NCBI RefSeq assembly: GCF_964355755.1
Contig: NC_092672.1
Location: 22,705,237 to 22,769,236 of the forward strand
Direction of reading: 5' to 3'
DNA length: 64,000 nucleotides
DNA from: Antedon mediterranea
Taxonomy: Eukaryota > Animalia > Echinodermata
Shown here piece by piece: positions 1 to 12,000 of this stretch. The notes under the pieces were generated by a model, which saw only the letters and a list, made by a program, of their open reading frames with translations, made no database searches and was not told where the DNA came from. The position numbers and the translations under genes are program-made. How positions within the stretch are numbered: position 1 is the first letter of the stretch; each line of letters opens with the position of its first letter.

Positions 1-386
1 GATCCCTTTAATAGAGCTTAGTTGTAGAACCCCTATTAAAGAGGACACCACATAATGTGGACCGAACAAAGTGTGATCCCTTTAATAGAGGTTAGTTGTA
101 GAACCCCTGTTAAAGAGGACACCACATAATGTGGACCCAACAAAGTGTGATCCCTTTAATAGAGGTTAGTTGTAGAACCCCTATTAAAGAGGACACCACA
201 TAATGTGGACCCAACAAAGTGTGATCCCTTTAATAGAGGTTAGTTGTAGAACCCCTGTTAAAGAGGACACCACATAATGTGGACCCAACAAAGTGTGATC
301 CCTTTAATAGAGGTCAGTTGTAGAACCCCTATTAAAGAAAACACCACATAATGTGGACCCAACAAAGTGTGATCCCTTTAATAGAG
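1..386. repeat. 74-bp tandem repeat, about 5 copies, cut by the window start
   Basis: GATCCCTTTAATAGAG recurs at 1, 75, 149, 223, 297 and 371. Shares CCCAACAAAGTGT..CCCTT(T)AATAGAGGTTAG with the 17.4-18.0 kb array. Confidence 0.95.
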
Positions 387-482
387 TATCAATTTATATA
401 CTGTTTTACTGAAAAAGGAAGATGGAATCATATATTAATCAATTTATTAATTAATGATTATCCAAATTATGTTCTCTACAAG

Positions 483-1340
483 CAATAGAGAGAAATGGCG
501 AACCGCGATGACGTCACTCAAATTTCACCGAGTGGGTATAGATTGTAAACAAACCATTTCGCCACATGTTTTTGTATGGGAAATTCCGATGGGTTGAGTT
601 AAAAGGGAGGTAGAAAAGAACGTTTAAAACACACATAATAGCAGTATCTTTTTTTTTTTGCAACACCCTTATCAATTTTAATGTTATATGGGCAAATCTT
701 AACATATTTTATTTTAATTTGGATTGAATTAAGACGCGTTTTTGTTATATACTGTACCCAGCTCTAGGCCCTAGATAGTTGGCATGTATGCTGTAGTACC
801 TCGAGCCTAGCACGGATTATCGGTTATTATAAAAATAATAATATTGGAAATTCGTTATTGCGTACTGTACTCACTACTACTAATTTAGCTAGGGTGCTGC
901 TAGGCGTCTCCTAGCTAGGTAGTAAGACTAAATAGAGCCTCTCTAGTAGATGTAGGACTAGCATTAGTTTCAGCTTGACAACTGCCATTTTGTTATGTGG
1001 CTAGTGATGCTTCCTGCAGGGGGGCTACCGCCAGTAATGATGCTTGATAACACCATTCTACTATAATACTATAGGCCAAGTCTAATGTAGACCTACAGAT
1101 ATGAGATATTTTTAGGAATATGATTGTGAATGATGGATGACTTTTATACATATTTCATTGATTTATTGTGTAAATACACAAATACAACAAGAATTATGAG
1201 CGTTACAGCAACAACATTGGTTAGACAACGCCATGATTCACGTGTATAAACATAGGAAATGTGTCGCCCTCAACGGTTTGTTATGATTTTATACCCACTC
1301 GGATTTTAGACGTGCGTCGGTTCGCCATTTCTCTCTATTG
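483..1340. mobile_element. Non-autonomous TIR DNA transposon (MITE-like), about 860 bp
   Basis: Perfect 23-bp TIR CAATAGAGAGAAATGGCGAACCG / CGGTTCGCCATTTCTCTCTATTG, plus an inner inverted match CCGAGTGGGTATA / TATACCCACTCGG. AAG flanks both ends (possible 3-bp TSD). No transposase ORF. Confidence 0.85.
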
Positions 1341-2899
1341 AAGATGAGTATCATTTCACTTTAGTTTGTCCCTTTTATTCAGATATTAGAACTAAATATA
1401 TTTTCATTTTATACAAATAACCCCTCTAAATTAAAATATATTTATCTTATGTCTACTACAAATATCTCATTACTAAGCTTGGAAAATATATATATTTTTT
1501 TCATTTTAACGTAGAACAGAATTCTTAAACGCACTCTAATGTTATTGATTGAATTGTTACATTGTATATTATTTGGGCCAAAAGCCATATAAATAACTAT
1601 TTTTTTGGATCATTCCAAGAAAGAAAGTATACATAAATATATTTACCCTTCAAATTGTACTGCTGTACTTTTTTGGTTGGTTTATAGCCTTGTTGGTTGT
1701 ATTCAAGTAAACTGGAAATCACCTGCAATTGTTTATGAACAAAATTGAAGGAAAATTAAGAAATATAGGATATTTAGTTTAAGGAAACGGAGACAGACTA
1801 AAACAGCATGGATTAGTTTGCTTTATTATTAGATTAGTAGGCTAGCCTAGGCTTAGGATATGTTAAAATAGCAGCCATGCATGTCATCACGACACTAGCT
1901 AGAGTAGTGATAATACAACATGCAGAACAGTAGTACTACTGTAGCTAGTTTGGGCCTACAACTACTAGAGGCCTAGGGCTAGACTTTAGAGGCCTAGGGC
2001 TAGACTTTAGAGGCCTAGCCTAGTAGGCCAAAATAACAAAAGTGATCATGAATGAATGGAAATAAATCTCGTTTGTGTGGTAATGACATGTAGGCTAATA
2101 ATAGGTTAATAATATAGTATTGTTGGGCTTTGTTTCTAGCCTACTATAGGCTAGTACTATGTAGAGGCCAATAAGACAATTTGCGGTCATACACAGCCAT
2201 GTAATCAATCAGCTAGCAAGGTGGGGCAAGCCAAGGCTGAAGCGCCTAGCTTACTAGCCAGCATGCAGCGAGCGGCGAGGCCTCCATTTTGTTGTCGATC
2301 TTTGATCATAGTTTGTAGGCCTATGCCTATAGTAATAAGAGATAATAATAGACATATATGTCAGGCCTACCTTTTATAAAACAGCAAGATTTGTGCCTCA
2401 TCCTTAATTTGATGCGATTAGCCAATAATACCCATTCTAGACCTGGCATCTCTGTGCTGCGTGATCGCCGATTTTGCCGCCGAGCTACACTGGCACAAAC
2501 AAAGGGAGCCGTTTTTGGCTGTTGGCTTGCAGTTTTCTGATTGGTTGTTTACGGTCTGCCGGCCTATACGACGCATGCTCCATTATTTTCAAAAAGTTGT
2601 GCAGTATTTCTTATTCTTTAATCGATTTTATTTGATTTAATTTAAATAATTGTTTGTTGCAATAATATAGGATTACAAATAATAATATAAATTGTATTTT
2701 GAATGGTAATTACGGACCATGCTTCTATTCCCGTCACCTCAACCCAGAACACCCCCCCCCCACCTCTCCCCTGGGTCCCCCTGGGTCCTCTCCCGTACTC
2801 CCACGACGTACACCCAGCCATCCGCTTTCGCTCTTCTCCGAATTCCCTTGGTTGTTAGGAAAAAAACTAGTTGCAAAACCAATTGAAACAACCTTGCCC

Positions 2900-3265
2900 G
2901 GTTGAAAAACCGATTGGACCAGTTGACTAGTTGAACTCAGTTGAGCTTTGGGAATACCAGTTGGCCAGTTGGAAAAACCAGTTGACCTGTTGAAAAACCA
3001 GTTGACCAGTTTGAAAAACCAGTTGACCAGTTTGAAAAACCAGTTGACCAGTTGAAAAACCAGTTGACCAGTTTGAAAAACCAGTTGACCAGTTGAAAAA
3101 CCAGTTGACCAGTTGAAAAACCAGTTGACCAGTTGGAAAAACCAGTTGACCAGTTGGAAAAACCAGTTAGACCAGTTGAAAAACCAGTTGACCAGTTGTT
3201 AAAACCAGTTGAACCAGTTGGAAACCAGTTAGACCAGTTGAAGACCAGTTGGACCAGTTGAAATT
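2900..3265. repeat. About 19-20-bp tandem repeat (AAAAACCAGTTGACCAGTTG)
   Basis: Directly visible, roughly 15 copies, degenerate at the edges. Confidence 0.9.
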
Positions 3266-4023
3266 TCCAACTGTTCTCAACTGGAATTTTTACCTGGGTT
3301 GTAGTTGTAAATGGTATAATTGTTTATTTCGGGAGAAGATATCAACAAATTAGTAATTCTTCGAACTATGGTTTCTGTTTTACAAACGAATCTTTCTTTC
3401 CACCAATCGCTAAAATACCTACTAGTTGCTATTATGACATTTGACATAATCACCACCTGGTCTATCTTGTTCTGCTTATTTTCTCATCCGTAACTTGAAC
3501 TGAACTTGATTGTATCTCTTTTATATCTCTTATATAGTCTGAATGAGATGTGCAACAAGTATATAATAAACATTTAAAAAATTAGACAGAAACCGCTAAA
3601 AAAGTTGTCTTATAAAATCTTATATAGTAAAAGACAAATGATTAGGCCTAAAGTACACTGAGAAAGATTAAAACTAAGAAATGTACAAATAGGCCATAAG
3701 CAGTATATCGTTTTATCTCGTTCCAGTGTTAGGGGTCTAGAATTTCTTAACATATTTACAATGTTAATTTTATATAATATTTTTTAACAACATATTTCTT
3801 CACAATCATGTGTCAATTTTGAGAAATCATCGATTGATTTTGGTACTCTATTTTGATATACATCGCGATGTATCGGCGTGAGTGATGTTGGTTCCGCAAA
3901 GGAAACATGTTCAAAATTTATCCGCAACATCCAAAAATCTGTACCACGTGATTGTACTTCACCAATCATAGTATGATTACAGATTGGGGAATCCCCTAAA
4001 ACGCACGGAGTGCAGCAGTTTAA

Positions 4024-5607
4024 AGGGGGATTCTGGGTTTAAAATTGCTTTTAAATATCGTTTATTTATTAAATAAAAAATATTATAACAATATAGACAT
4101 TTCAGAATGAAGAAGTAATAACGAGAAATTGAAAAAATTAAATTTCATATACATTTTAGGGTAAATTCATGGAAAGTCTGTTTTTTAGCAGCTTGGGGAA
4201 GCTCATTAATATTCATGAGATATTCACAAAATCACGTCACCAGTGGATTCGAAACTCGCGACGTCATGTACGTTGTGTTTGTCAACTAATTTACATCTCT
4301 CTCCCCTGTCAAACGACGACCACCATTGTGATCATTGTGAAATACATTTTTTGTAGATTTTCTAAGCTAGGCCTAAAGTGTAATAATAACAGTAGTAGCA
4401 TATATTTATTTGACATTTAATGAAATACAAAATTTAGTACAGATACGGAGTCATAAATTATACTATTTTTATACCTCTATAGTACAGATCGTATTATCGG
4501 CTTCACGTACAATACTACTCTAGGCCTAGCCTAATAATAATATGGGCGAGAGCCATTCTGACAAGGGATTCCATGCCACGATGGCTACGTTAAAACAATG
4601 GGGCCCATGGGCCTAGCTAGCCTACTACTAGACGATTGGCCCATAAATAAATAACAAAACCCATCCTATCAACCAACCAAACTCTTAAACAATCTAAACC
4701 TAAAACATTCTACAAAATCGGCTGTAAATATTGAAGCAAAACAAGGTCCGATCGCCGTCCACACGTATGGTGTCCCGATCGTCTAAGTAGGCCTAAAATA
4801 AATAGGTTTAGTTTACTCTCCAAAAAAGCGGATACTCATGCATCAAGCAAGTAGACCAGGTAGTAGGAAGGAGACCTAGCCGATCCGGCCCAGTTAAAAA
4901 TTGAGCTAGCTAGTGTAGTAGACCCTATGCGAATTGATACTACCAGGCCTTTTACTATAGGCTTCACTACACAAATATTCCAACTCTCTCATTCGAGCTA
5001 TATTATCTATACCATTCCGGTAGGTCGAGTCGACCTTCAATCAAATACTGTACATCGTTCATGTTGTGATTATAGACGGGGTATACTCGACCCGACCAGT
5101 TTGGTATTGTTGTATCTGCTTATCACGTGACGATGCCAGGCATGGGCAGCAGAGAGAGCACGTGTATCGTCGTCTCGCTCGATCCTCAGCAGGAATGTAC
5201 AGTATACGTTACGCTTCATTGATTTTGATTTTTCCCTAAGTCGGTGCGAAAATCGGCAAACGTAAAGTGCAAACATATCTACTTTTTCACTGTTTTGATG
5301 AATTTTCATAAAAAATTGACTTTATAAATGGGAAGACCGACTAAAATTACATCAGATAAGTATAATTTTACAAAAGTAATTGATATGGTTTATGATAACG
5401 AGTCGTCGGAAGATGGACCATTTCACGAATTTCCTATTTTGTAACCACAGTGTGATTTTGCCGTAGCTGCACTTGTAATCTGGCCTGATTTCACAGCCTT
5501 CGTTCTGCTTCACTGGACGCTTATATAAATTGAAACTTTTACCGTTCAAGAGACAAACAAATATATTTTACATTTTTTACTATTCATTTTAAACCCGGAA
5601 CCCCCCT
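4024..5607. mobile_element. Non-autonomous TTAA-targeting DNA transposon (Kolobok-like), about 1.6 kb
   Basis: TTAA at 4020-4023 and 5608-5611. TIR AGGGGGATTCTGGGTTTAAAA vs TTTTAAACCCGGAACCCCCCT (2 mismatches). TTAA TSD with purine-purine termini fits Kolobok. Confidence 0.8.
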
Positions 5608-6077
5608 TTAAGTGTGTAAAAAATCAACACAAATGTATCCTTCGCGAGTCGAGGAATTTTGGTTTATTTTGCTACTTACAAACATTGTAAACGGACATTT
5701 TTAGTGAAAGAAAAAGATATGCTTGTTTGAAAATTGTTTCCTGCTCAACATGGTGTATGATTATGGTTTGTTAGAAACACAAATTAGAGAAAATAAGAGG
5801 CCAAACAAAAGATAGCTAGCCTAGCGCCAATGTCCTATCTAGGCTCTAGCTTAGCTAGAGTGTAGTAGGCTACTGACTTTCAATATACTTCCTAGCTAGG
5901 TTAGGACTGAGGGGTAGCAACATACTACTCTAGGCTAATAATGCTAAATGTCTAATAACGGCAGTCAACCCGACAATTATAAACAGATGATTAATATTTG
6001 CAAGAAAACCATACAAAACTTTTCGTAATAGTGCTTAGGCCCATGTTGAAAACCTAGTTAGACTAAACAAAACCAGG

Positions 6078-6390
6078 CTACATTTGGGTGGCATGGTCTG
6101 AGTCCTTGGTATCTAGGGCCTATATATGTTTACCACACTATTTTTCAATTCGATTTCAATCAGCTTTTGTTATTTCACAACAAAAAAAAGCTATAGCTTT
6201 TAGTATTAAAAAGTAGATGAACATATGAAATATCTACATTTGGGTGGCATGGTCCGAGTCCTTGGTATCTAGGGCCTATATATATGTTTACCACACTATT
6301 TTTCAATTCGATTTCAATCAGCTTTTATTATTTCACATAAAAAAAAAGCTATAGCTTTTAGTATTAAAAAGTAGATGAAGATATGAAATA
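6078..6390. repeat. About 156-bp tandem duplication (2 copies)
   Basis: CTACATTTGGGTGGCATGG at 6078 and 6234, followed by near-identical sequence. Confidence 0.9.
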
Positions 6391-6577
6391 TAACACAATT
6401 CAGCCTATTTTTCTTCTTGGAAATTAATACTTAAATTATGTAATTAATGGATAATTTATTACAGTTGTTCTCCCATTATTTTATATGATTTTACTGATTC
6501 GTACTTTACTCTCATAATTTTTACATCTTTGTACTGTGTATAACTGTATATATATATATATATATATATATACACAA

Positions 6578-6888
6578 ATCAGGCACAGAACATTAATTCT
6601 AAACCGCCCGGTGATATACTGAAATTTAATTAATTAATTTGAAACGATAAAGATGAGGAAATCTGTGAGAATGAGAAAAAGTCGCCCGAACCGAGACTCG
6701 AACTCGGACCGCCTGCTTGAGATGCAGATGTCCTAACCATTCGACCACTGGGGCTTTCATGGTATTGTTCGAACTCGATTGGATAGCGACTCTTCAACAT
6801 TCTCGGCGTGGTACGGCGGAACAGCATTAGTCCTCAGTTGTACGCACGCGCACCAGAGATCAAATTGATACGCCCTCATCTTACAGTA
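6578..6888 (-). mobile_element. Interspersed repeat with internal tRNA(Glu-CTC)-like segment (SINE-like), copy 1
   Basis: Minus strand about 6682-6754: A-box-like TGGTCGAATGG, arm TCTGC-ATCTCAA-GCAGG, T-arm CCGAG-TTCGAGT-CTCGG. Same element at 32435-32720 and 56680-56915. Adjacent to (TA)n. Confidence 0.8.
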
Positions 6889-7099
6889 TTTTTATTCACA
6901 TTTTTATTCACATTTTTATATACATTTATATTGACTACCAAAATTTAAGTTTCAGTATTAACCACCATTTAAGCTCTTTTTTAGTTTCATTCCAAAATTG
7001 TTTATATCTCTACCAAGCTACCTTCTTTGTTTTCTACTCTTATTCAGACTCCACCCGGTCTCCTTTTGTTGTATTTCTTTTATTCCTGTCACCCAGGCA

Positions 7100-7300
7100 G
7101 CACTTGCCAGCTCTTATACTATGACGTTATCCAAATTCCTTCACTTGCACTGATGAAGGGCTAGTGTTGCCTGAAAGCTCTGCTAACTTTTCTGGCTGTT
7201 TACTTTATCGTTTTGATTTAGCTTTTCGCTTTTATTTTTTGTATCTCCATTGAGATCCAGCCACTGATACCCACAGCATTGTCATTTTTTCAGTTATTTG
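7100..7300 (+). mobile_element. Penelope-like retroelement terminal remnant with hammerhead-like core
   Basis: CTGATGAAGGGC-TAGTGTT-GCCTGAAAGC at about 7150-7178. The downstream GATCCAGCCA motif also occurs at about 54897. Confidence 0.45.
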
Positions 7301-8484
7301 CCTTTGGATTTAAATAAACATTGAAATATACATAGAAATTCATTCATAAAAGTACCAATACATGTTCAAATAATATTTCACATCATTTTTGTAACTGAAC
7401 AAGCCAAAATGGCCACCATTATGCCCAAAATGGCTGCCATTTTATCCAATATGACCACCATTTAATCTAAATGGCCACATATATCAATCAAATATTTAGG
7501 AAGCTAAAAATGGCCAAAACTTCAAAATTATCTATTCGTACCCTGGATGGTACGCTCGCGTACTGGTATCCAGGGGTCCCCACAGATGGTTCTAGAATAC
7601 AATAGAACCCACCGGGAACACCCGACACTATTTCTAATCTAAGCATTTGTCTATTTACTGAGGAATTTGAAGCTTCAAATACAGGTTGGAATGTTCCATT
7701 CATCGCAAATCAATACATTTGTAAACGTATATTAAATCTATCAAAATTGTGTTTTTTAAAGAAAATCGGCCTGTCTTCAACATTATGATGCAGCTATTAA
7801 AAACAATTATCGTAGAAGGAGATAGGAAAATGCAAAGCATCCTTATTATTATTATTGTGTGCAGGTATTTTTCAAAATGGACATCCATTAGACAGTGTAT
7901 ACCACAATCGGAAAACACCCCTATTTAGGGCAAATTGTTGAACCTAAATTTGTTTTAATTTGTTTTAATTGTCAATAACTAATTATCTAACTCATTTTAA
8001 TTAGTAAACAGGGTTCACTTTAGGTGGTTAAAATGAGTACCGAAAATACGAAGCAACTTTATATACCATCGATTAAACATTCTAGTAACGCAGATTTACC
8101 GAATTTTGCCCTTACGTAAATTTATATATAGAAGATACTGCATCTCAAAATCCCAAAAAGTCTCAAATTTACTAAATAATCTAAATTTTTCACATACAGA
8201 ATACAATAAATTTACAATCCACTTGACTACCCATATCTTAAATATAATAACACTTGATCAAGTATTAATTTGTAAAGTTATTATTACATAAAAATTGGTC
8301 CAGACCTAAAAAAAGACTATAATTGCAGGGCTATATTGCTCGAAATTAACTGGATATTTTGTGGAGAACTTTTGATATAGTGTGGATAACATATTTATTT
8401 CACAATATTAACTTTCAAAATGTAGACCCTGAACGTCGGAACTAAATTCATTTTCTAGGCCTTTTTTCAGCTACTGCTTATGGC

Positions 8485-8900
8485 CTAAAAATTAAGTTTG
8501 AGAAGGAATTGCATTATATATAAAGCATTCGTGTGTTTTGCCATTGTCAGAAATATTTTTAAATGTTTTTCAAAAATATTACTTGCTAAATCATATTTAT
8601 CATGGGTTAATTGAATTGGTGTAATTTTGAATTCATTATGGATTTTAAGATCATCAAAGAATAAGTGGTATTTAAGATCTAGAGAGGTAGTAGAAAACAA
8701 TTCCCAGAACATGGATAGATTATTATTGTTTAGTTCATCTTTAAGGTTCATGAGTATTGGTTTTCTTAAATGTATAAGTCGTTTGCATTCAAATACGAAA
8801 TGATATACAGTTTCGTTTTCATTACAATTACACAATAAACATATACCTGAATTTTGAGGTGACCGTGCTTCTTTTCTACCTTCAAGTGGTAGTGAATTGG
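8485..8900 (-). mobile_element. 3' remnant of a non-LTR retrotransposon ORF2 (C-terminal zinc-knuckle region)
   Basis: Translation CLLCNCNENETVYHFVFEC matches the C-x2-C...E-T-x2-H-x4-C motif at the end of LINE ORF2. Confidence 0.6.
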
Positions 8901-9048
8901 AGCTGAATTTTAGGCCTGAAGTATATGGTAATACACTTATCTAATAGATTTTTGTTTTCTAATTTTGGAGAGGTTTTAGTGACCAGAAGAATAGTAATTA
9001 CTTTGTTGCATTGACAAATTTACACTTTTGTGCTTTTCTTTTTTTTAG

Positions 9049-12000
9049 CCATCTCTGAAACAGCTTTGGAGAAATTTAAACAAGGGTAAACTAGATGAAA
9101 AACTGTTGCGGCATATTTGGAAGGATGAGTCAGTTGAGATGATTGACTTCTTTGTGTCTCTAATGCAAACCTTTGGGTTAATGTGTGAAAAAAGGAGTAA
9201 AGAGGTATTTACATTTTATTTTAAATATTTAATTCAATTATTTTTTAATATATTCCATCTACTACTCATGTTCTATTTTTTTTCTATAGAATGTTGGACG
9301 AACGTTCTATGTTCTTTCACGCCTAAAGCCCCTACGTGATGATACAGAGGCTGTTGAATATGAAGAGAAACGTGCTGTTTCTCTCTTTCATGACTTTGAT
9401 GGCTACCTTCCAGATGATCTCTTTCAACGTGTTGCGACTAAATTTATTGAGGAATTTCAAATGGAAGATGTTGAGCCTACATTATCTTACGAGCATGTAG
9501 AACTGAACATTGATGGCCATCATCTTGTCATTCTAAATGTAGCTACCATCAACAATCGCCGTTTGTTCCAGGTAAACTTGATAATGCAATCATGCCTTGA
9601 ATGCCAGTAAAATCACAAGTATTATATTGGGGGATTGTTCTTATGTTGTTTATTATATGTTTATTAAACCATTTCTTTGTTTTTGTTGGTCACCACTTCT
9701 GGATATAACAGATATTAAAATATACACTGTCAGTAACTTTAAATTTCCTTGGTTTATTGCCATTTCTGGAATGATATCAGTAGTAATCACTTTGGAATTG
9801 ATTTGTTTTTTATATTGCAGACAACAATTGTCAGAACGACACTCATGAACACAGAATCAGGAAGCAGATCTCCTGAAGATGATGATCCACAACCTAGCAT
9901 CTGTAAGAAGGTAAGCTATAAGTACCAAAGAAACTAATGTTAATAGTATAATTTTGCTTGTTTTGTCAGTGTAAATTTATAAGTTCCTGGGTTGTTTTTG
10001 AATGATTATAAATGTCTGTGTAAATATGTAATATAAGATATAAGATAAGACAAGATATAATTATTTCTCTTTAAATCATTTTAAATGTAGTAAAGTCATT
10101 TTATTGAGATTATTTGAAATATTTTTTATGTTGTCTAGGTCCTTAATTTCCTTGAAAAAGAATTGCAGGTTTTAAGTCAGAATGGTGCACGTGGTGTTGA
10201 AGTAAAGATGTACATCCGTTGTGCATGTTCAAATAGTGAACACACTCATATGCAGGTTGTTCGCAAATTTGACAAAGATGTGTTGCCATGTAGAAGCAGA
10301 AGAATGGATGTGAAACGTTACCGTAAACTGTTTAACAAAATAGAAGTAGAACAAGGTATAGGCCTAATAATCCATAATATATGACATAAAACAAAACATG
10401 CAAACATTCTTATTTTTGTTCTTTAACTAATGATATTCCAAACCTCAAATTTTCAGTTGATGCATTTTAACCTTTATCTCTAGTTTTTATGTTACATGTA
10501 AAAAATACCTTTGCTTAATGATGTTTTATCATTTGTATTTAGCTTCTATCTCAAAATCTGACACTGACCAACCTTCTTCTATAAAGAAAAGAAAAACCGC
10601 TTCAGAAAATTCTTTATCAAAAGTTCAAAGAACTACTGGTAAGATGTTTTATGTTGTTGATTAGCATTATATTTCTATTATAAAAACTATGCACACAATT
10701 TATTTTATTTGCAATTATACACGCCTCCGTGTATCCTTGTCTTTATACACGCCTCAGTGTATCCTTTTCTTTATACACACCTCAGTGTATCCTTGTCTTT
10801 ATACACGCCTCAGTGTATCCTTGTCTTTATACACGCCTCAGTGTATCCTTGTCTTTATACACGCCTCAGTGTATCCTTGTCTTTATACACGCCTCAGTGT
10901 ATCCTTGTCTTTATACACGCCTCAGTGTATCCTTGTCTTTATACACGCCTCAGTGTATCCTTGTCTTTATACACGCCTCAGTGTATCCTTGTCTTTATAC
11001 ACGCCTCAGTGTATCCTTGTCTTTATACACGCCTCAGTGTATCCTTGTCTTTATACACGCCTCAGTGTATCCTTGTCTTTATACACGCCTCAGTGTATCC
11101 TTGTCTTTATACACGCCTCAGTGTATCCTTGTCTTTATACACGCCTCAGTGTATCCTTGTCTTTATACACGCCTCAGTGTATCCTTGTCTTTATACACGC
11201 CTTAGTGTATCCTTGTCTTTATACACGCCTCAGTGTATCCTTGTCTTTATACACGCCTCAGTGTATCCTTGTTTTTATACACGCCTCAGTGTATCCTTGT
11301 TTTTATACACGCCTCAGTGTATCCTTTTCTTTATACATGCCTCAGTGTATCCTTGTCTTTATACACGCCTCAGTGTATCCTTGTCTTTTGATTGTTTAAT
11401 TATGTAAACTGTCCCATTCAGTATTATTTCTATGGAAAAGTAATATTATAGTCATTTCAAATGATTATGATTTTAACAACAATTGTGCTTTACTGAATTT
11501 ATATCATTTATATTATAAACTTGTGGCTCCCCCCGCAACGAAAACAAGTGTGTTTGAATGCACAACTGTCGTTTGAGCAGAATCATCCTGGATCGTGGAA
11601 TACCCTGCAGAACCCGATGGGTATTTTTGCCTGAAATGTAGACCGAAATGTTATGTTGGTTTGTGGTTGTTGTGATTGTTCACCGTGTGCTAAGTTGTGC
11701 AAAATGTCCACGCGGACAGTGGCCCAAGAGCACTTTGTGTGTTCTCTAGCAATGTGGAAGTGACGGTCGTACAGTTGCCATGAAGTCGGATATTGTTTTT
11801 TGAGGCTTTGAATGAATTTCAGATAAGTAAATAATTCTTGCAGATCTTGAGGGTGAGCGGACAGGTATATGGTTGCAAAGTCAAAGAAAGCCGTGAACCA
11901 CTCCTGTTCATCTAACCCCCGTCTTTTCAATTTAGGGACAAGTTCAAGACCCCATTGTATTGTATATTGAACGTCATTGGTGGGTCACGGGGCGAAGATC

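Noticed and set aside
6682-6754. Functional tRNA-Glu gene
   Set aside because: Imperfect acceptor stem, and embedded in a multi-copy repeat whose other copies are deleted in this part.
10689-11407. Three long overlapping ORFs (158-236 aa)
   Set aside because: Artefact of a stop-free 29-bp minisatellite inside an intron.
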